DNA of 64,000 nt from Parachlamydiales bacterium (GCA_963765145.1 CAVXVG010000026.1:1-64000), one strand, 5' to 3'. Positions 19,881-32,300 are shown, counted from the stretch's first letter. Numbers and translations are program-made. Notes: a model not told the origin generated them from the letters alone.

Positions 19881-22800
19881 TTAGAAGGCGTAGAGGAATT
19901 CCATTTTTCCTGTTGTCTCTGCGTAGCGGCCCCAATAGGCCCCTTTAACATCGAATGAAAGGTCAACACCAGAAACTCCGTTGATCAGGATATGCAGAGA
20001 AGGGCAAATCAAACCATTGTTCTGAAACAATCCATCGACAGAGAACATGCAGCTGCTTCCAACAAAGTTGCTGTTTAAGTTTCTGCCGGAGAATCGAAAT
20101 TCTTTGATGAAGCTGATCCGGAAATCGATAAGGAGGTTTCCTTGGCCGGCAACAGAAGTGTAATAACCTATGCCCGTTCCAATCTCTGGCAAAAGCAAGT
20201 CGCTTGTTTGCGCATGGATATTGAGATTTAAAGAGCCTGCCCCCGTTTCTGTAAAAGGATGTTGAGAAACGAAAAGATAATCGAAATTACCAAAGGCTAA
20301 AGTGAAAATGGTGGTGTTAGGTATTGGTATGGTTGAAAGTACGCCCAAATGTCCTGTGAAGACAGAAGATTGATTTTGGTATTGGATGTGTTTGTTGATG
20401 GCCGGGTAAGAAACAGGTGTCAACTGCACTGAAACTCCGGCAGGAACGTAAATGTCTCTTGAACCTGTCACATCGTTATAGGTGTAACTTCCGTACAGAT
20501 CGAACACCGCTGGGTTTGAAAAGGTTGTCATGCCAATGAAGCCGGTATAGCTGTTCATACTAGCTAAAGCAGTATTAGCATCAGACCAGCGAAGTTGGCT
20601 TCTTGTAAAAGAACCTCCTGCAGAAACAACGGCACTTCCTACCCATCTATCAATACCTGCAACAGCTCCGTAAATTGTATCTTTGTAACCAGATAAGGCC
20701 TGACCTCCTCCTGCATTTTCTTGATCGATCCTTCCGGCAAAAACATCTGACCAGAGACCACCTAAGAATTGAGGGTCAAACTGCCGATCGTAAGAATGGC
20801 GTGAGAAAATCCAACGTGTGGTTTGTGCCGCATATTGTTGTGCTAGCACTAACACATTGTACAACGAAGGGTCGAGCTGGTTAAAAGCTGATTCAATCTG
20901 GGCTTGAGTAAGGTTATTTAAAGTGCTTAGATCGGCAATAAGATCGGGTGCGGTGGGGTTGGCAGTGAGTTGGTCGAAACAAAACCCTATATTTTGTAAA
21001 TTCCCTCTAGGAAGCAGGCCTGAGAAAGGGATTTCATTGAAGTTCAATGTGACCGTATGAGGTGTATAAGTCACCGTCAGGGGGAATCGGGCAGTTCCGA
21101 CAGGTACATTTGTGAATGTTCCTGAAACAGCTCCTGACGCGTTGATGACCGTGTAGGAAGATTGTGTTACGTTCATGATATTTGCTAATAAAGAAGTACC
21201 GGTGCCAATCGATACATTTCCATTAGCTTGCAAAGCGCTAAAGTTTGGGCCGTTGATGGTGGTGGCAAAATTAGATCCATCTTCTAATGTGACACCGCCT
21301 GACGTTAAAGTGCCTGTCGGATTTCCGGGTGCCACTGTGCCAAACACATCTAAGGCAGTTGTAGTCCCTGTGCCGCTGATGGTGGCGCCGGCACTAACCA
21401 GTGTTGTTGTTGCGCTGCCAGACAATGTTCCGTTGACTTGCAATGTCCCTTGTGTCACGGAAGTAGCGCCCAAATAGGTGTTATTCCCATTGTAAACAAG
21501 AGTGCCTGTTCCATTTTTCACAACAGTAGCAGCAGCGTTTCCTGAAATAGAGGGGGTGATAATAGCAGTGACGCCGGGATCGACTGTAAGGGTGGTGGGT
21601 GCAGTCAATGTAAAGCTTGAATTTCCAAGTGTGGTGTTACCAATAAATTCCAAGGCTCCGCCAGAAAGGTTCAAAGGGCCCAACCCAAAAGCAGTGCTTC
21701 CGGCAATGCGGACAAGGCCAGTTAAAAGATTGGTTGTGCCAAGGTAAGTACCATTTCCAATCAACGTTAATGTACCGTTGCCAGCTTTAGTAAAGCCTCC
21801 AGGCCCGCTTAAGTTGCCTGTGAAGGTACTGCTAGTGCCAGAATCGATCGTAATCGTGGGTGAAGAGTTGAAGATTTGAGCGTTGGGAAGAGTTGAGCTA
21901 CAGGTCACCTCTATATTTCCACCATTGTATTGGATGGAACCTGTGCCAAGAGGGCCACTGCCACAGACTTGTAATAAACCTCCGTTAAGCAACGTGCCAC
22001 CTTGATACGAGCTATTATTAGTAATGATCAAAGTGCCGGGTCCATCATAAGTTAACGAACCTACTCCGCCGATGGGGCCTGTCAAAGAAGTGCCAGTGGC
22101 AGTCGTTTCAATCACCCCTCCACCTGCATCCATAAAGAGGTTATTTGGGTAAGCACTGGCTGTGAGACCAGTTAAATCTAGTACCGCTTGATTTTGTAAA
22201 TGGATATCGCCGGTTCCTAAAAGAGCAGGGGATCCAGCTGTAAGCGTTGAAGCGTTAACGTAAAAGGTAGAAGTGTTGCCTGCTTTAGTGAGATTCAGAG
22301 TACCTCCGCCAATGACTTGAAGGGGAGAGCCGACGATTGTTCCACCCCAATTATTGTTTGTCCCACTATTGAGTAACAGGGTTCCTCCCCAGGGAGAAGC
22401 TGAAAGGGATGGATTGACAGTGATGTTATCTGCAAATGCCGGACTTAGATTACTTCCTGTCACTTGTAAGGTGCCCCCATTGAAGGTAATGGGCGATGGT
22501 GTGGCAGAATTACTTAAATAGGTTGGCCCTTGCACGGACAAGGTGCCGGTGTTGAGTTGGATAGTTCCGGTGACTGTATTGTTGTTATTGGCTAAGACAA
22601 TGGTGCCTGTTTGGTTGCCAGCTGGTGTTCCTACAGAATATCCGGCCGTTCCGGTGAGTTGACCTGTGATGGTTGTTGTAGTATTTGCATCAGGTAGAAG
22701 GACGGCTCCGAGTGCGCTAAATGTAAGAGAGTTATTCAACGTGCCACTATAGGCACCTCCTGGAGTCAAAAACTCCAAAGTTGCAGGGCCTTGAAAATTG

Positions 22801-25712
22801 AGTGTAGCATCGCCCAAAATGCCTGTGGGTGAAGATGTTGCCGGATTGTTGGCAGTCACTTGCATTGTGATGCTGTTATCTAAATTGAGAGTTCCTCCAA
22901 TAGTACTATTAGCGTTAGTAAATCGAACGGTTCCCGACCCATTGAAGGTCGTAGTAGGTGTCCCAGTAAGTACTCCGGTAATTGTGGTAAAAGACCCTGA
23001 AGGTGCATTAAAGACAGTGCTTGATGCCACTGCCACTGTTCCGTTTCCAATCAAAGTATTCGCACCGGAAAAATTGAGTGTGCCGCCATTGAATTCTAAT
23101 TCACCAACCCCTAATGGATTGGTACCAGAAACGGTAAGGTTGCCTTGATCCATGGCAAAGATACCGGTATAGCTTGTGTTATTAGTGCTCGGTGAAATAA
23201 GCAAAGTGCTTCCACCCGTCCCATTGTAAGTGATATTCCCAGACCCTGAAAAAGGCCCTGTCATTTGGCTTGAACCCGAAGTTGTATTAAGATTCAATGT
23301 GTTGAAAAAGCTTATTGGGTTGGGGAGGGTTGTTGCACTTGTTAAGGTTAAATTGTCGGGGTTGCTGACTTGAAGAGTAGCGACTCCCAACGGATTGCTT
23401 CCTGATAAGAAAACATTCTCGTTTGACAACACAACAGTGCCATTGAGTGATGTTGTTGCGTTTGCGGTGACGACAAAATTGCCGCCTGTTCCTAAAGTAA
23501 CGGTTCCTGCACCTGAAAGAGGACCGGTCAGCGTTAAACTTGTAGCGCCGGGAGTAATGGTGCCATTTCCGGTGAAAATGTAAGGCCTAGTGCTAACATA
23601 GGTGGCAGGAGTAAATGTGAGAGTGCCTTGATTAAAAGTCACAGGGGCTGTCGCCGCACCTAAATTATTGTCAGCGCTGATGGTCACAGCGCTGCCATTC
23701 GAGATGGTTGTGCCGCCGGTATAGGTATTAGCATTTGTAAAGGTCGCAGATGTGTCGCTAATGATCAGCGAACCTGTAGAGGTGCCATCTTGCAGAAGGG
23801 AATTGACGACCAGATTCACACCATCAAAAAGTGTTGTTGTCCCACTTAAACTCCAGACGCGTCCCGCTCCAAATGTTGTAGTTGCTCCGGAAAGATCAAT
23901 GGTCGTGTTATTTCCTAAGTTTAGGGTGTTTGTTGGGGCGCCAAGTGCCCCATCTGCTGCAATCTCTAAAGTGACATTGTTTCCTATATTGAGAGGGCAA
24001 AGATAATTGGCAGAGTTGTTAAGGAATTGGATTGTTGCGCTTGTAAGAGCTGATGTGGGGGCAATCGCTGCAAAAATACCACCCGACGTTGGGCTGACAA
24101 GTCCACCGGACCTTGCATTTGGGTCTCCATCCAAATTCAATGAGATCGAATTAACGTTATTGAATGAGATGTTGACGGTACCTCCTGTTGTTACAAAAAT
24201 GTCCTGTCCAAGCCCTGATCCAGGCTGTGCATTATTGATTTCACTGGTACCAAAACCAGCTGCTCCAGGTGTAACAGTGTTATTGTTGAAACTGACGTCA
24301 GTTAAATTAAGGATGGCCCCGGTCGTGGTGCCAATTCCACCGTCCACAAAAAAGGCTCCCCCCATAGCTGCTCCGCCACCACCACCACCTCCGTTAATTT
24401 GGCCAAGGCCTCCGTTTCCGCCACCGTAACCTCCAGGGGCCATAAGTGCAGCACCTTCGCCTCCAGTATTGCCTTGGCCTCCTCCCCCTCCTCCAAAACC
24501 TCCCGTTCCACCAAAGCCAGTCGTCGTTCCATCGCCGAATGCGCCACCGCCGCCACCTCCGGCAAAGGCGCCGGCATTTCCTCCCGATCCTGCAGTATTG
24601 AAAGTGCTATTGGCTCCACCACCACCGCCACCTCCTGCGTAAAGTGTCCCTAAGGTGGTACTTCCCCCATTCGCAGGCGGAGTTGAACTATTTGAAGCTC
24701 CTCCCCCACCACCACCGACTTGGTTTGGAGCTAAAGCAACTGGAGTCGTTCCTCCACCGCTTCCGGCCAGACCGCCCGATGATAGTCCGCCACCACCACC
24801 GCCTGACGTTCCCGTTCCTGTTCCACCGTCTTGAGAAAGGGACGTTCCTCCTGTTCCCGCCGTTCCGACACTTCCTTGAGCCCCCGCTCCTCCATCGTTG
24901 CCGGAAGAGGAAGCGCCTGAAGCTTGGTCTGAACCGCCCCCACCCCCACCAGCACTCGCTCCGTTACCGCCTGCAAAGCCGGTAGAAGTTAGGCTGCCAC
25001 CTCCGCCTCCGCCAGCTCCCGTTGTAAATCCGTTTGCATTCCCTCCGGCTCCTCCAGCTCCAGCGCCCCCGCCACCAGCAGTTAGGGCATTAGTAGTTTG
25101 ATTAGTACTACCTCCACTTCCCCCAGTGGCTGTATTATTTTGAAAAGTTACGCTTGTGAAGCTCATCTGTTGACCAGGAGCAAGATAGAGGCTTCCCCCT
25201 ACACCGGGGCTACCGCCACCAGCGCCACCGGTACCTCCTGCGAATCCTCCTGCAAATCCTGTGGCTGCAAAATTTTGTATGATGAGATTTTCAACGTTGA
25301 GAGGTGGGCTTTTTGAAAGAGCAGGGTTTATAAAAAGAAGACGCGATAAATGTTGTCCATCCAGGACAGTGGGGCTTTCTACAGATCCTCTGATGGTTAT
25401 TGGGGAGGCCGAATTCATGTACAGCGGCCCATTCAGGACAAGTTTTGCTCCGCTTGGTAGTAGGATAAGGCTTGGCTTTGAATCTTGGTTGGCCGAAAGG
25501 ATGGAGTTTCTCAAACTGCCTGCGCCACCATCTTGTGAGGTCGTCACAGCATAGGTTCCGGCTGCTAGGGGAGTAGAAAAAGCAAGAAGGGTCAATAAAA
25601 GAGACAGCCGATTTTTTCTTGGACGTTGTGGAGCTATCTCCTCAATGAAGTGGTGATCGTTTAGAAAATCTCTCAGCTGTTTCGTTTTCATTTTTTCCGT
25701 TCCCGTTTCCAT
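19881..25712 (-). CDS. Giant autotransporter AT2
   Basis: Same architecture as AT1: LLLTLLAFSTPLAA, GAGSLRNSI, poly-Gly block, NTYLGAT repeats, ends MEFLYAF. Confidence 0.9.
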   Translation of the reverse strand: METGTEKMKTKQLRDFLNDHHFIEEIAPQRPRKNRLSLLLTLLAFSTPLAAGTYAVTTSQDGGAGSLRNSILSANQDSKPSLILLPSGAKLVLNGPLYMNSASPITIRGSVESPTVLDGQHLSRLLFINPALSKSPPLNVENLIIQNFAATGFAGGFAGGTGGAGGGSPGVGGSLYLAPGQQMSFTSVTFQNNTATGGSGGSTNQTTNALTAGGGGAGAGGAGGNANGFTTGAGGGGGGSLTSTGFAGGNGASAGGGGGGSDQASGASSSGNDGGAGAQGSVGTAGTGGTSLSQDGGTGTGTSGGGGGGLSSGGLAGSGGGTTPVALAPNQVGGGGGGASNSSTPPANGGSTTLGTLYAGGGGGGGANSTFNTAGSGGNAGAFAGGGGGGAFGDGTTTGFGGTGGFGGGGGGQGNTGGEGAALMAPGGYGGGNGGLGQINGGGGGGGAAMGGAFFVDGGIGTTTGAILNLTDVSFNNNTVTPGAAGFGTSEINNAQPGSGLGQDIFVTTGGTVNISFNNVNSISLNLDGDPNARSGGLVSPTSGGIFAAIAPTSALTSATIQFLNNSANYLCPLNIGNNVTLEIAADGALGAPTNTLNLGNNTTIDLSGATTTFGAGRVWSLSGTTTLFDGVNLVVNSLLQDGTSTGSLIISDTSATFTNANTYTGGTTISNGSAVTISADNNLGAATAPVTFNQGTLTFTPATYVSTRPYIFTGNGTITPGATSLTLTGPLSGAGTVTLGTGGNFVVTANATTSLNGTVVLSNENVFLSGSNPLGVATLQVSNPDNLTLTSATTLPNPISFFNTLNLNTTSGSSQMTGPFSGSGNITYNGTGGSTLLISPSTNNTSYTGIFAMDQGNLTVSGTNPLGVGELEFNGGTLNFSGANTLIGNGTVAVASSTVFNAPSGSFTTITGVLTGTPTTTFNGSGTVRFTNANSTIGGTLNLDNSITMQVTANNPATSSPTGILGDATLNFQGPATLEFLTPGGAYSGTLNNSLTFSALGAVLLPDANTTTTITGQLTGTAGYSVGTPAGNQTGTIVLANNNNTVTGTIQLNTGTLSVQGPTYLSNSATPSPITFNGGTLQVTGSNLSPAFADNITVNPSLSASPWGGTLLLNSGTNNNWGGTIVGSPLQVIGGGTLNLTKAGNTSTFYVNASTLTAGSPALLGTGDIHLQNQAVLDLTGLTASAYPNNLFMDAGGGVIETTATGTSLTGPIGGVGSLTYDGPGTLIITNNSSYQGGTLLNGGLLQVCGSGPLGTGSIQYNGGNIEVTCSSTLPNAQIFNSSPTITIDSGTSSTFTGNLSGPGGFTKAGNGTLTLIGNGTYLGTTNLLTGLVRIAGSTAFGLGPLNLSGGALEFIGNTTLGNSSFTLTAPTTLTVDPGVTAIITPSISGNAAATVVKNGTGTLVYNGNNTYLGATSVTQGTLQVNGTLSGSATTTLVSAGATISGTGTTTALDVFGTVAPGNPTGTLTSGGVTLEDGSNFATTINGPNFSALQANGNVSIGTGTSLLANIMNVTQSSYTVINASGAVSGTFTNVPVGTARFPLTVTYTPHTVTLNFNEIPFSGLLPRGNLQNIGFCFDQLTANPTAPDLIADLSTLNNLTQAQIESAFNQLDPSLYNVLVLAQQYAAQTTRWIFSRHSYDRQFDPQFLGGLWSDVFAGRIDQENAGGGQALSGYKDTIYGAVAGIDRWVGSAVVSAGGSFTRSQLRWSDANTALASMNSYTGFIGMTTFSNPAVFDLYGSYTYNDVTGSRDIYVPAGVSVQLTPVSYPAINKHIQYQNQSSVFTGHLGVLSTIPIPNTTIFTLAFGNFDYLFVSQHPFTETGAGSLNLNIHAQTSDLLLPEIGTGIGYYTSVAGQGNLLIDFRISFIKEFRFSGRNLNSNFVGSSCMFSVDGLFQNNGLICPSLHILINGVSGVDLSFDVKGAYWGRYAETTGKMEFLYAF

Positions 25713-25717
25713 TCCAA

Positions 25718-28700
25718 TTAAAATAAATAAGTAAGTTCAATTTTCCCTTCATTTTCACTGTAGCGATTGCCAAAAGAGCCGCTATAGTTGAAGGCCACAT
25801 CAAATCCGAGCGAACTTGATATCCCAAAGCGGACTGTGGGCCTTACCAAGGTATGGTGAGGTTGTATCCCTTTCACATGAAAGATGCAATCATTGTCTAC
25901 AAAACTTGCTTTGGTTTTTTGTCCTTGGAAGCGGAACATCCCTACATAGGCGACATCCACTTCAATGAAAGCTTTTTCTCCACTTAAGATCGAACCTGCA
26001 TAGCCACAGCCAATACCAGATTCCGGCCGTAAAAGGTCTGCTGTTTTTTCTTGAACCTGAAGGCTTAAAACGCCCCCATTTTGTTCTGTAAATTCTTGTT
26101 GCTTAATCCATAGGTAATCGATGTCTAAGTAAGCCAAAAGATAAAAAGGCGTGTGGTTAACAAATTGCTTAGAGATACCGCCAAGATGGGCTGTGTAACA
26201 TTCTCCATCGCCCTTGAATGTCAACTTTCGATCGATTGGTGTAGTGCTAGCAGCTGGAAACGGGGAGCCCGCAGTTGGCAAGTTTGGCTCAATGAAAATC
26301 GAACGAGAGCCTTTTGCCGCATGCAGTGTATAACTTCCATATGCATCTACGATGAGGTTTGTGGTTAACCAAGAGGCCCCAATATAACCTGTGTAACTAT
26401 CGATAGTGCTTTTGGTAGGGGCATGGCTCCAATTCACACGGCTTCTTGCGTACGAAAAACCGGCACTTGCTATTAGATCGGGGTCTAAAAATCGGTCAAA
26501 TCCTAACAAAAATCCACTAAAAACATCGTCGTAACCGCTTCTTGAAGGAATCGGATCAAACGAATCTTGGTGTACCTTTTCTCCGAAGAAGGTGACAAAC
26601 ATATCGTTTAAAAATTCTGGGTCGTAAACCCGCTCGTAGATGTGCTGTGTATAGGTGTTTCTCACTTTTTCAGAAACCGATTCTTCTGCAAAAGATAGCA
26701 CATTGTAAACCGACGGATCTAATTGACTAAAAGCAGCTGGTAATTGACCCACTGTCAAAGAATTCAATGTGTCTAGAACACTGATCATATCGGGTGTTTG
26801 ATTGAGGGCAGCCTGATCGAAGCAGGCTGCAATATTTTGCAGATTCCCTGAACGTAACAGTTTGGCGTAGGGGACGAAGCTTACATCTAACAATACTGCT
26901 TGAGGCAAATAGAGCGTTGAAATAGTTAAACGAGGTGTTTGATAAAACAGAGGGGCAAATTGACCTGTTACCGAGCCTTCAAGCGACTGCACGACAACGT
27001 ACTGACCTGCAAAGGTTGGGTCAATTGTAGCGACGAGGCGCGCTGTTGGATCGATCGTTACATCTCCGACGGACAGCAAATTGCTTCTATTTGTCCGATC
27101 GGCCAACACTTGAAGAGTTGAATTTGGATGGAAGATCACATTACCGGCTGTCAAAGTGCCTACACCATTTCCAGGAGATACAGTGCCTGAGACATTCAGC
27201 GTGTTTGTCATGGTACCGGTTCCGTGCAAGGTTGTACCTGCATGGACAAACACGTGGCTCATCAAGGAGCCATTTAAGACAAAAGCCCCACTTGAGATGT
27301 TCGTTGGTCCTGAATAACCGCTGATTCCATTGAATACAAGTGTTCCCAAACCTGTTTTAGTTAGCCCTACATGACCAATTCCTGCTGCATTCCCATTTAG
27401 CGTGGTTGTTCCGGCTTCGGTGTGAATGGTTCCGTTTTCTGCTAAAAGGAGGGTATTAGGCAGATTTGTGTTGCCTGTCAGCACAAGGTGTCCATTGGAT
27501 TTCAAAATGATGACGCCCTTTCCAAGAGGTGCATTTCCAGCTGTGACAAGTGTTCCCGAAGTTAAAGTTGTTGGGCCGGTGAAGTGGGTGTTGTTGGTGC
27601 TGAAGACAGTTAAAGTTCCGCCGCCATCCAACATGAATCCACCGGATCCGGAAAGAGGGCCTGAAAAGACAGCTGTGTTATTGAGTAATAGATGGGCGGC
27701 TTTGTTAAAAGCGAGAGGCCCTGAAAAAGCACTTGGACCAGTTAGTGTGATGTGTCCGCCGTTGAAGTTAACAGGGCCTGCTCCTAGCGGGTTAGTTCCG
27801 GTTGTTTGGATTATGATACCACCTGTAACGGTAGTTCCTCCCGTATGGAGATTTGAATCTGTCAGATTCAAAGTGCCTTTACCATTGTAGGTGAGGTGAC
27901 CTGAACCTGTAATGTTGCTTGAAAGCGTGTTTAAGGCGCCTGTCTGCACGATCGTGCCTCCATGCCCATCAAGCCTCATTGGATTGGAGTAGGTGGCTGA
28001 GGTGCTATTTAAAGTGAGGAGTCCGCCATTAAAGAGAATATCTCGACCATTCAATTGATTTGGGCTGCTGAGTTTAAGGTTGGCGCCAGTTTGTATGCCA
28101 AAAGTCCCTGTAAAAGTAGAAGTGTCTACATAGGTTAGATCAACTGTGCCTATATCGCCCTCATTCTGCCTTCCAGTTATTGCTAAAAAGCCGTTTCCTG
28201 AAATAGAGCTTGGTCCGTTTGCCGAAAAGCGAGAGCTTGTGCCTGCTTCGAGGATAACAGTTCCGCCTGCTTCATTAACGACAAGTTTTATAGGTGTCGC
28301 GAAAGGAAGGCTGGCTAGAAGTGCTAGAGCTCCTCCATGAAAGTTGACTGTGCCGGCTCTACCAAGGCCATCAATCTGATCAGTGGCTAGAGTGCCGCTG
28401 ACTAAGTTCCATTCTCCTGTATAGCTAGAGTTCTGTCCTAAGAGATTAAGGATACTGCCGGCTCCTTCAAGAGTTATCGGACTATTGCCATTAATACTAC
28501 CTGTAATCGTATTGACCGATTGGTTGGTCATTTGGATGGTGGCGCCGTTATTGAAAGTAAATCCGTTAGGGTAGTTTCCTGCTCCTGTGAAGGAAATCTC
28601 GCCGCCTTCATAATAGAACTGATTTGATGAGTCACCAAGTGGGTTTTGCCCGGAAGTTTGGATCATTCCACCATCTTGTAGATAAAATCCGCCTGCAAAG

Positions 28701-29395
28701 AAGTTTCCGTCAGAACTGTCTAAAATGAGAGAACCTGGACCGCTGAAACTAAAGGGTGCGCTTGCTTTAAGTTGCCCTGTCAGTCTAGTAGTTGCTCCTG
28801 ATGGAATGACAATGGGTTCTTGCCCAGCAGCGACTCCTAATAGATCAATGCCATTTGATAAATGCGTTGTGCTGTTGGCCGGAAAACTTAGAACTCCTCC
28901 AAAAATAGTGATCTGCCCTGTGCCGAGAGGCTGTCTGCCAGAGACGTTTAGAACCCCGCTATCAATTTGCACCCCACCTTTGAAATGTGTCCCTGCGTCA
29001 TTTGTAATTGTTAAAAAACTACTTTTATCTGCTCCACCAAAGATGAGGGTGCCGGAACCTAGTATAGGGCCAGAAAGTGTGTTCGTAGTCCCACTGCCAG
29101 ACCTAATTGTTCCGTTGAAGGGAAGGTGAATAGCATTAGAATACATATCACTGCCAACTAAATGGAGGACCGAATTGCCATTGTCGACAAAGGTAATTGG
29201 CCCAGCTTTAAAGGATTGGTTAGTGATTGCCTCTTCTGCAGACAGTTGGTTACTTACAAGGCAGCACAAAGTGAGAAGAAAAGGGGATGCAACCTTCTTT
29301 GCTTTCTTAAACGGATCTAGATCACCCCCGCTCATAAGAAGAGAGAGAGGTTGGAATCGAGTCGAAGTGACGTGTATTTGTTTTCTTTTGCTCAT
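25718..29395 (-). CDS. Autotransporter AT3 (no poly-Gly domain)
   Basis: Beta-strand repeats (LTKTGLGTLVFNGISGYSGPT); barrel homologous to its neighbours; ends IELTYLF. Confidence 0.9.
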   Translation of the reverse strand: MSKRKQIHVTSTRFQPLSLLMSGGDLDPFKKAKKVASPFLLTLCCLVSNQLSAEEAITNQSFKAGPITFVDNGNSVLHLVGSDMYSNAIHLPFNGTIRSGSGTTNTLSGPILGSGTLIFGGADKSSFLTITNDAGTHFKGGVQIDSGVLNVSGRQPLGTGQITIFGGVLSFPANSTTHLSNGIDLLGVAAGQEPIVIPSGATTRLTGQLKASAPFSFSGPGSLILDSSDGNFFAGGFYLQDGGMIQTSGQNPLGDSSNQFYYEGGEISFTGAGNYPNGFTFNNGATIQMTNQSVNTITGSINGNSPITLEGAGSILNLLGQNSSYTGEWNLVSGTLATDQIDGLGRAGTVNFHGGALALLASLPFATPIKLVVNEAGGTVILEAGTSSRFSANGPSSISGNGFLAITGRQNEGDIGTVDLTYVDTSTFTGTFGIQTGANLKLSSPNQLNGRDILFNGGLLTLNSTSATYSNPMRLDGHGGTIVQTGALNTLSSNITGSGHLTYNGKGTLNLTDSNLHTGGTTVTGGIIIQTTGTNPLGAGPVNFNGGHITLTGPSAFSGPLAFNKAAHLLLNNTAVFSGPLSGSGGFMLDGGGTLTVFSTNNTHFTGPTTLTSGTLVTAGNAPLGKGVIILKSNGHLVLTGNTNLPNTLLLAENGTIHTEAGTTTLNGNAAGIGHVGLTKTGLGTLVFNGISGYSGPTNISSGAFVLNGSLMSHVFVHAGTTLHGTGTMTNTLNVSGTVSPGNGVGTLTAGNVIFHPNSTLQVLADRTNRSNLLSVGDVTIDPTARLVATIDPTFAGQYVVVQSLEGSVTGQFAPLFYQTPRLTISTLYLPQAVLLDVSFVPYAKLLRSGNLQNIAACFDQAALNQTPDMISVLDTLNSLTVGQLPAAFSQLDPSVYNVLSFAEESVSEKVRNTYTQHIYERVYDPEFLNDMFVTFFGEKVHQDSFDPIPSRSGYDDVFSGFLLGFDRFLDPDLIASAGFSYARSRVNWSHAPTKSTIDSYTGYIGASWLTTNLIVDAYGSYTLHAAKGSRSIFIEPNLPTAGSPFPAASTTPIDRKLTFKGDGECYTAHLGGISKQFVNHTPFYLLAYLDIDYLWIKQQEFTEQNGGVLSLQVQEKTADLLRPESGIGCGYAGSILSGEKAFIEVDVAYVGMFRFQGQKTKASFVDNDCIFHVKGIQPHHTLVRPTVRFGISSSLGFDVAFNYSGSFGNRYSENEGKIELTYLF

Positions 29396-29398
29396 AGT

Positions 29399-32300
29399 TT
29401 AAAAAAGGTAAGTGAGTTCCAGTTGTCCGCCGTTGTCGACATAGTGGGATCCAAAAATCCCTGTGTAGTTAAGTGATAGACTAAAATTATAGAGATTCGC
29501 TGCCCCAATTTCGATGGAGGTCGTTACAAAATTTTGTTGGGGGAACAGGCCATAAAGCTGGAATTGGCACGCATCGCCTGCAAATGTTGTAGGGGTTCCA
29601 CGGCCTGAAAAACGGAATTCATGGACATACCCGATGGTTGCATTTGCAAAGAAGTTGTTCATTTCGTAGGCCGAAAATAGATACCCAATTCCAATTCCTA
29701 CCTCTGGACGTAAGAGGTCGCTTGTTTTGGATCGGAGAGCCATGTCGAGAACGCCTCCACCTTTTTCTTCAAACGTGTCTTGGCTTACGACAAAGTAGTC
29801 AAGATTTGCAAAAGAGAGGAAAGAAAAGCCAGCTTGCAATGGATCAGCATACAATCCGCCTAAGTGAAAGGTGCCGCTGTCAGCATGGCTTGTCTCATAT
29901 AACTTCCGATCGATGCTTGCCCCAAACATTTCGAATGGAATGTGGCTGTTAACAGGGGGTGTAATTAAGTTGGTTGGAGAAATGTAGATTTTTCTGTGGC
30001 CACGAGCTTCGTGATAGGTATAGCTCATGTAACCATCGACAGAAAACTTTTGTCCAAACCAAGTGGAACCAAGAAACCCGGTATAGCTTTTGACACCGCT
30101 TGAGGCATTCACCTGATTCCAATTGGCTGCACTATGGCCATATGAAAAACCTCCGGTGACTAATAGGTGATTTAAAGCCCACCCGTCAATACCGGTTACA
30201 AACCCTGTTAGGTGGTTATCATATCCACTTTGTCCTCTATCGTTGCCCAATCTGTGTTGGTGGATGCTTTCACCAAAACCTGTTCCCCAAACTGACCACA
30301 AGGCATCTCCCTCGAAACGTCTGTTTTGTGAGTGAGAGGTGTAAATGGCTCTTGTCCTATACATGACCGCTTCTTCTACATAGGTAATGGCATTGTAAAA
30401 AGAGGTGTCAAATTGAGCAAAGGCAGACTCTAGAGCTGATGGAGGCAGAAGGTAAATGACTGCTGATACAGCCGTTAGATCGGAAGAAGTTGGAAGCGTG
30501 GCAAAACATTCTGCAATGTTGAGCGCATTGCCTCTTGGTAGTAGAGCACTAAACGGAGTTTGAGTGACCGACAGCAAGATCGAATCGGAATTTTGAATCA
30601 ATCGAACTGGAAAAAGAGCTGTACCGGAATAACCGAGTATAAATTGAGACCCTGAAACAAGGCCTTGAGCAATGGTGTAAGTTTTTGGCAAAAATGGATC
30701 GAGAAATGGATCTAAAATCGCATTTGGCATGATGGTAATAGAAGTTGTATCAAGCATGCTTGTTAAAGAACCATCGGCAGTTGGTCTGAATACAGATCCA
30801 CCTTGAAAGGTCACCTGTTGCGCATGCAAAGTGCCTGTAGAGTTGCTGTCGCCAGGTCGTAAAACTCCGATGACATTCACGTCCCCGACGTTACCGGTCC
30901 CTTTTAAAATAGCGCTTGGGTTGATGGTGATAGGACTTGAAGTTAAAGAACCATCCACCACCAATTGACCCTTCGCTATTGTTGTAGCACCTGTTAAAGA
31001 GCTGGAGCCTGAAAGAACAACTGTTCCTTCACCCTCTTTTACAAAGTTTCCACCGCCGGATAATTTTCCACCTAATTTAGCAGTTATTCCTCTAGGTGTG
31101 GTGATCGTTGTGCCGGCAACGAAAGAGATGTCAGGATTCAAAAGACCATTGTCGATCCATTCTAAGCTTCCACCATTCAAAACAACAGATCCGGTTCCCA
31201 ACGGGCTTGGTCCAGACACTTGTAAAATCCCATTCGAAAGAAAGGTTCCTTCACTGTAAGAGTTATTACCGGTAATGACTGTTGTGCCAAGCGAGTTTAA
31301 AGTCAGGGCACCAGCACCCGAAATGTGACCAGTAAAGATACCTACAACATGGCTTGCAGAGTTAATGACACCATTGGAGTTTATTTGGATAGGTCCAGTG
31401 AATGTTGTTTTTCCAAGTAGGTCGAAATGGCCACCATTCAACGTAAAAAGACCTGTTCCAAGTGGGTTAAAGCCTTGAACGTGTAAATTTCCACTGTCCA
31501 ATGTGACGCCACCTGCAAAGGTATTATTTCCCACAACGGCAAGAGTTCCATTGCCAGAGTGTGTAAATCCACCCGGGCCAAACAGAAGTCCGGTTAGGGT
31601 ATTACTTGTTGCATTTGCAGAAGAAATGGTTGAGTGGGATGCAAAAGTCATCGGCTGCGAGTAAGTGTCGCTGCCTATTAAATGCAGAGCGCTGCCCGAA
31701 TTGAAAATGACATTGCCAGAACCTAATTGATGGCTTTCACTGCTAGTCAGTGTTGTGTTTGTAAGGGTGATACCACCTGAAAACGAGCTGTTATCAGCAG
31801 ATAATCTAAAATCACCCGGACCTTGCAACGTTAAACGTTCGGGGCCTGACAAAGAGCCTGAAAAGGCGTTTGTTGTAGCTGTTGCACTAGAAACGATCGT
31901 CCCCTTATTGGCCATGATCAAAGGATTGCTATAGCTTGATCCTGTCATCAGGTTTAAAAAGCTTGTGCATCCGGCACTGTTCGTAGAGAAGGTGACAGAG
32001 CCTGTTCCCAATGTTCCTGAATCACCGAGTTGAAGGGTAGTTCCCTTTAGGATGGTGTTTCCATAACTTGCAGGAGCAGTGAGGGCCAGAGTCCCTCCGT
32101 TTCCATTCGTGTCTACAAGGGTCAATGTTCCTGCGCCTGTGACTTGGCTAGAAATAGTTGTTGTGCCTGTAGGCAATTGAATGGTGCCGTTTCCGTCCAG
32201 TGTAAAAGTACGTTCTGAGAATGCCACCGGCGAAGACAAAATAAGCGTTCCGTTACCGGTGGAGAAAGTAAAGGGGCTTGCAGATAGGCCTAAATTATTA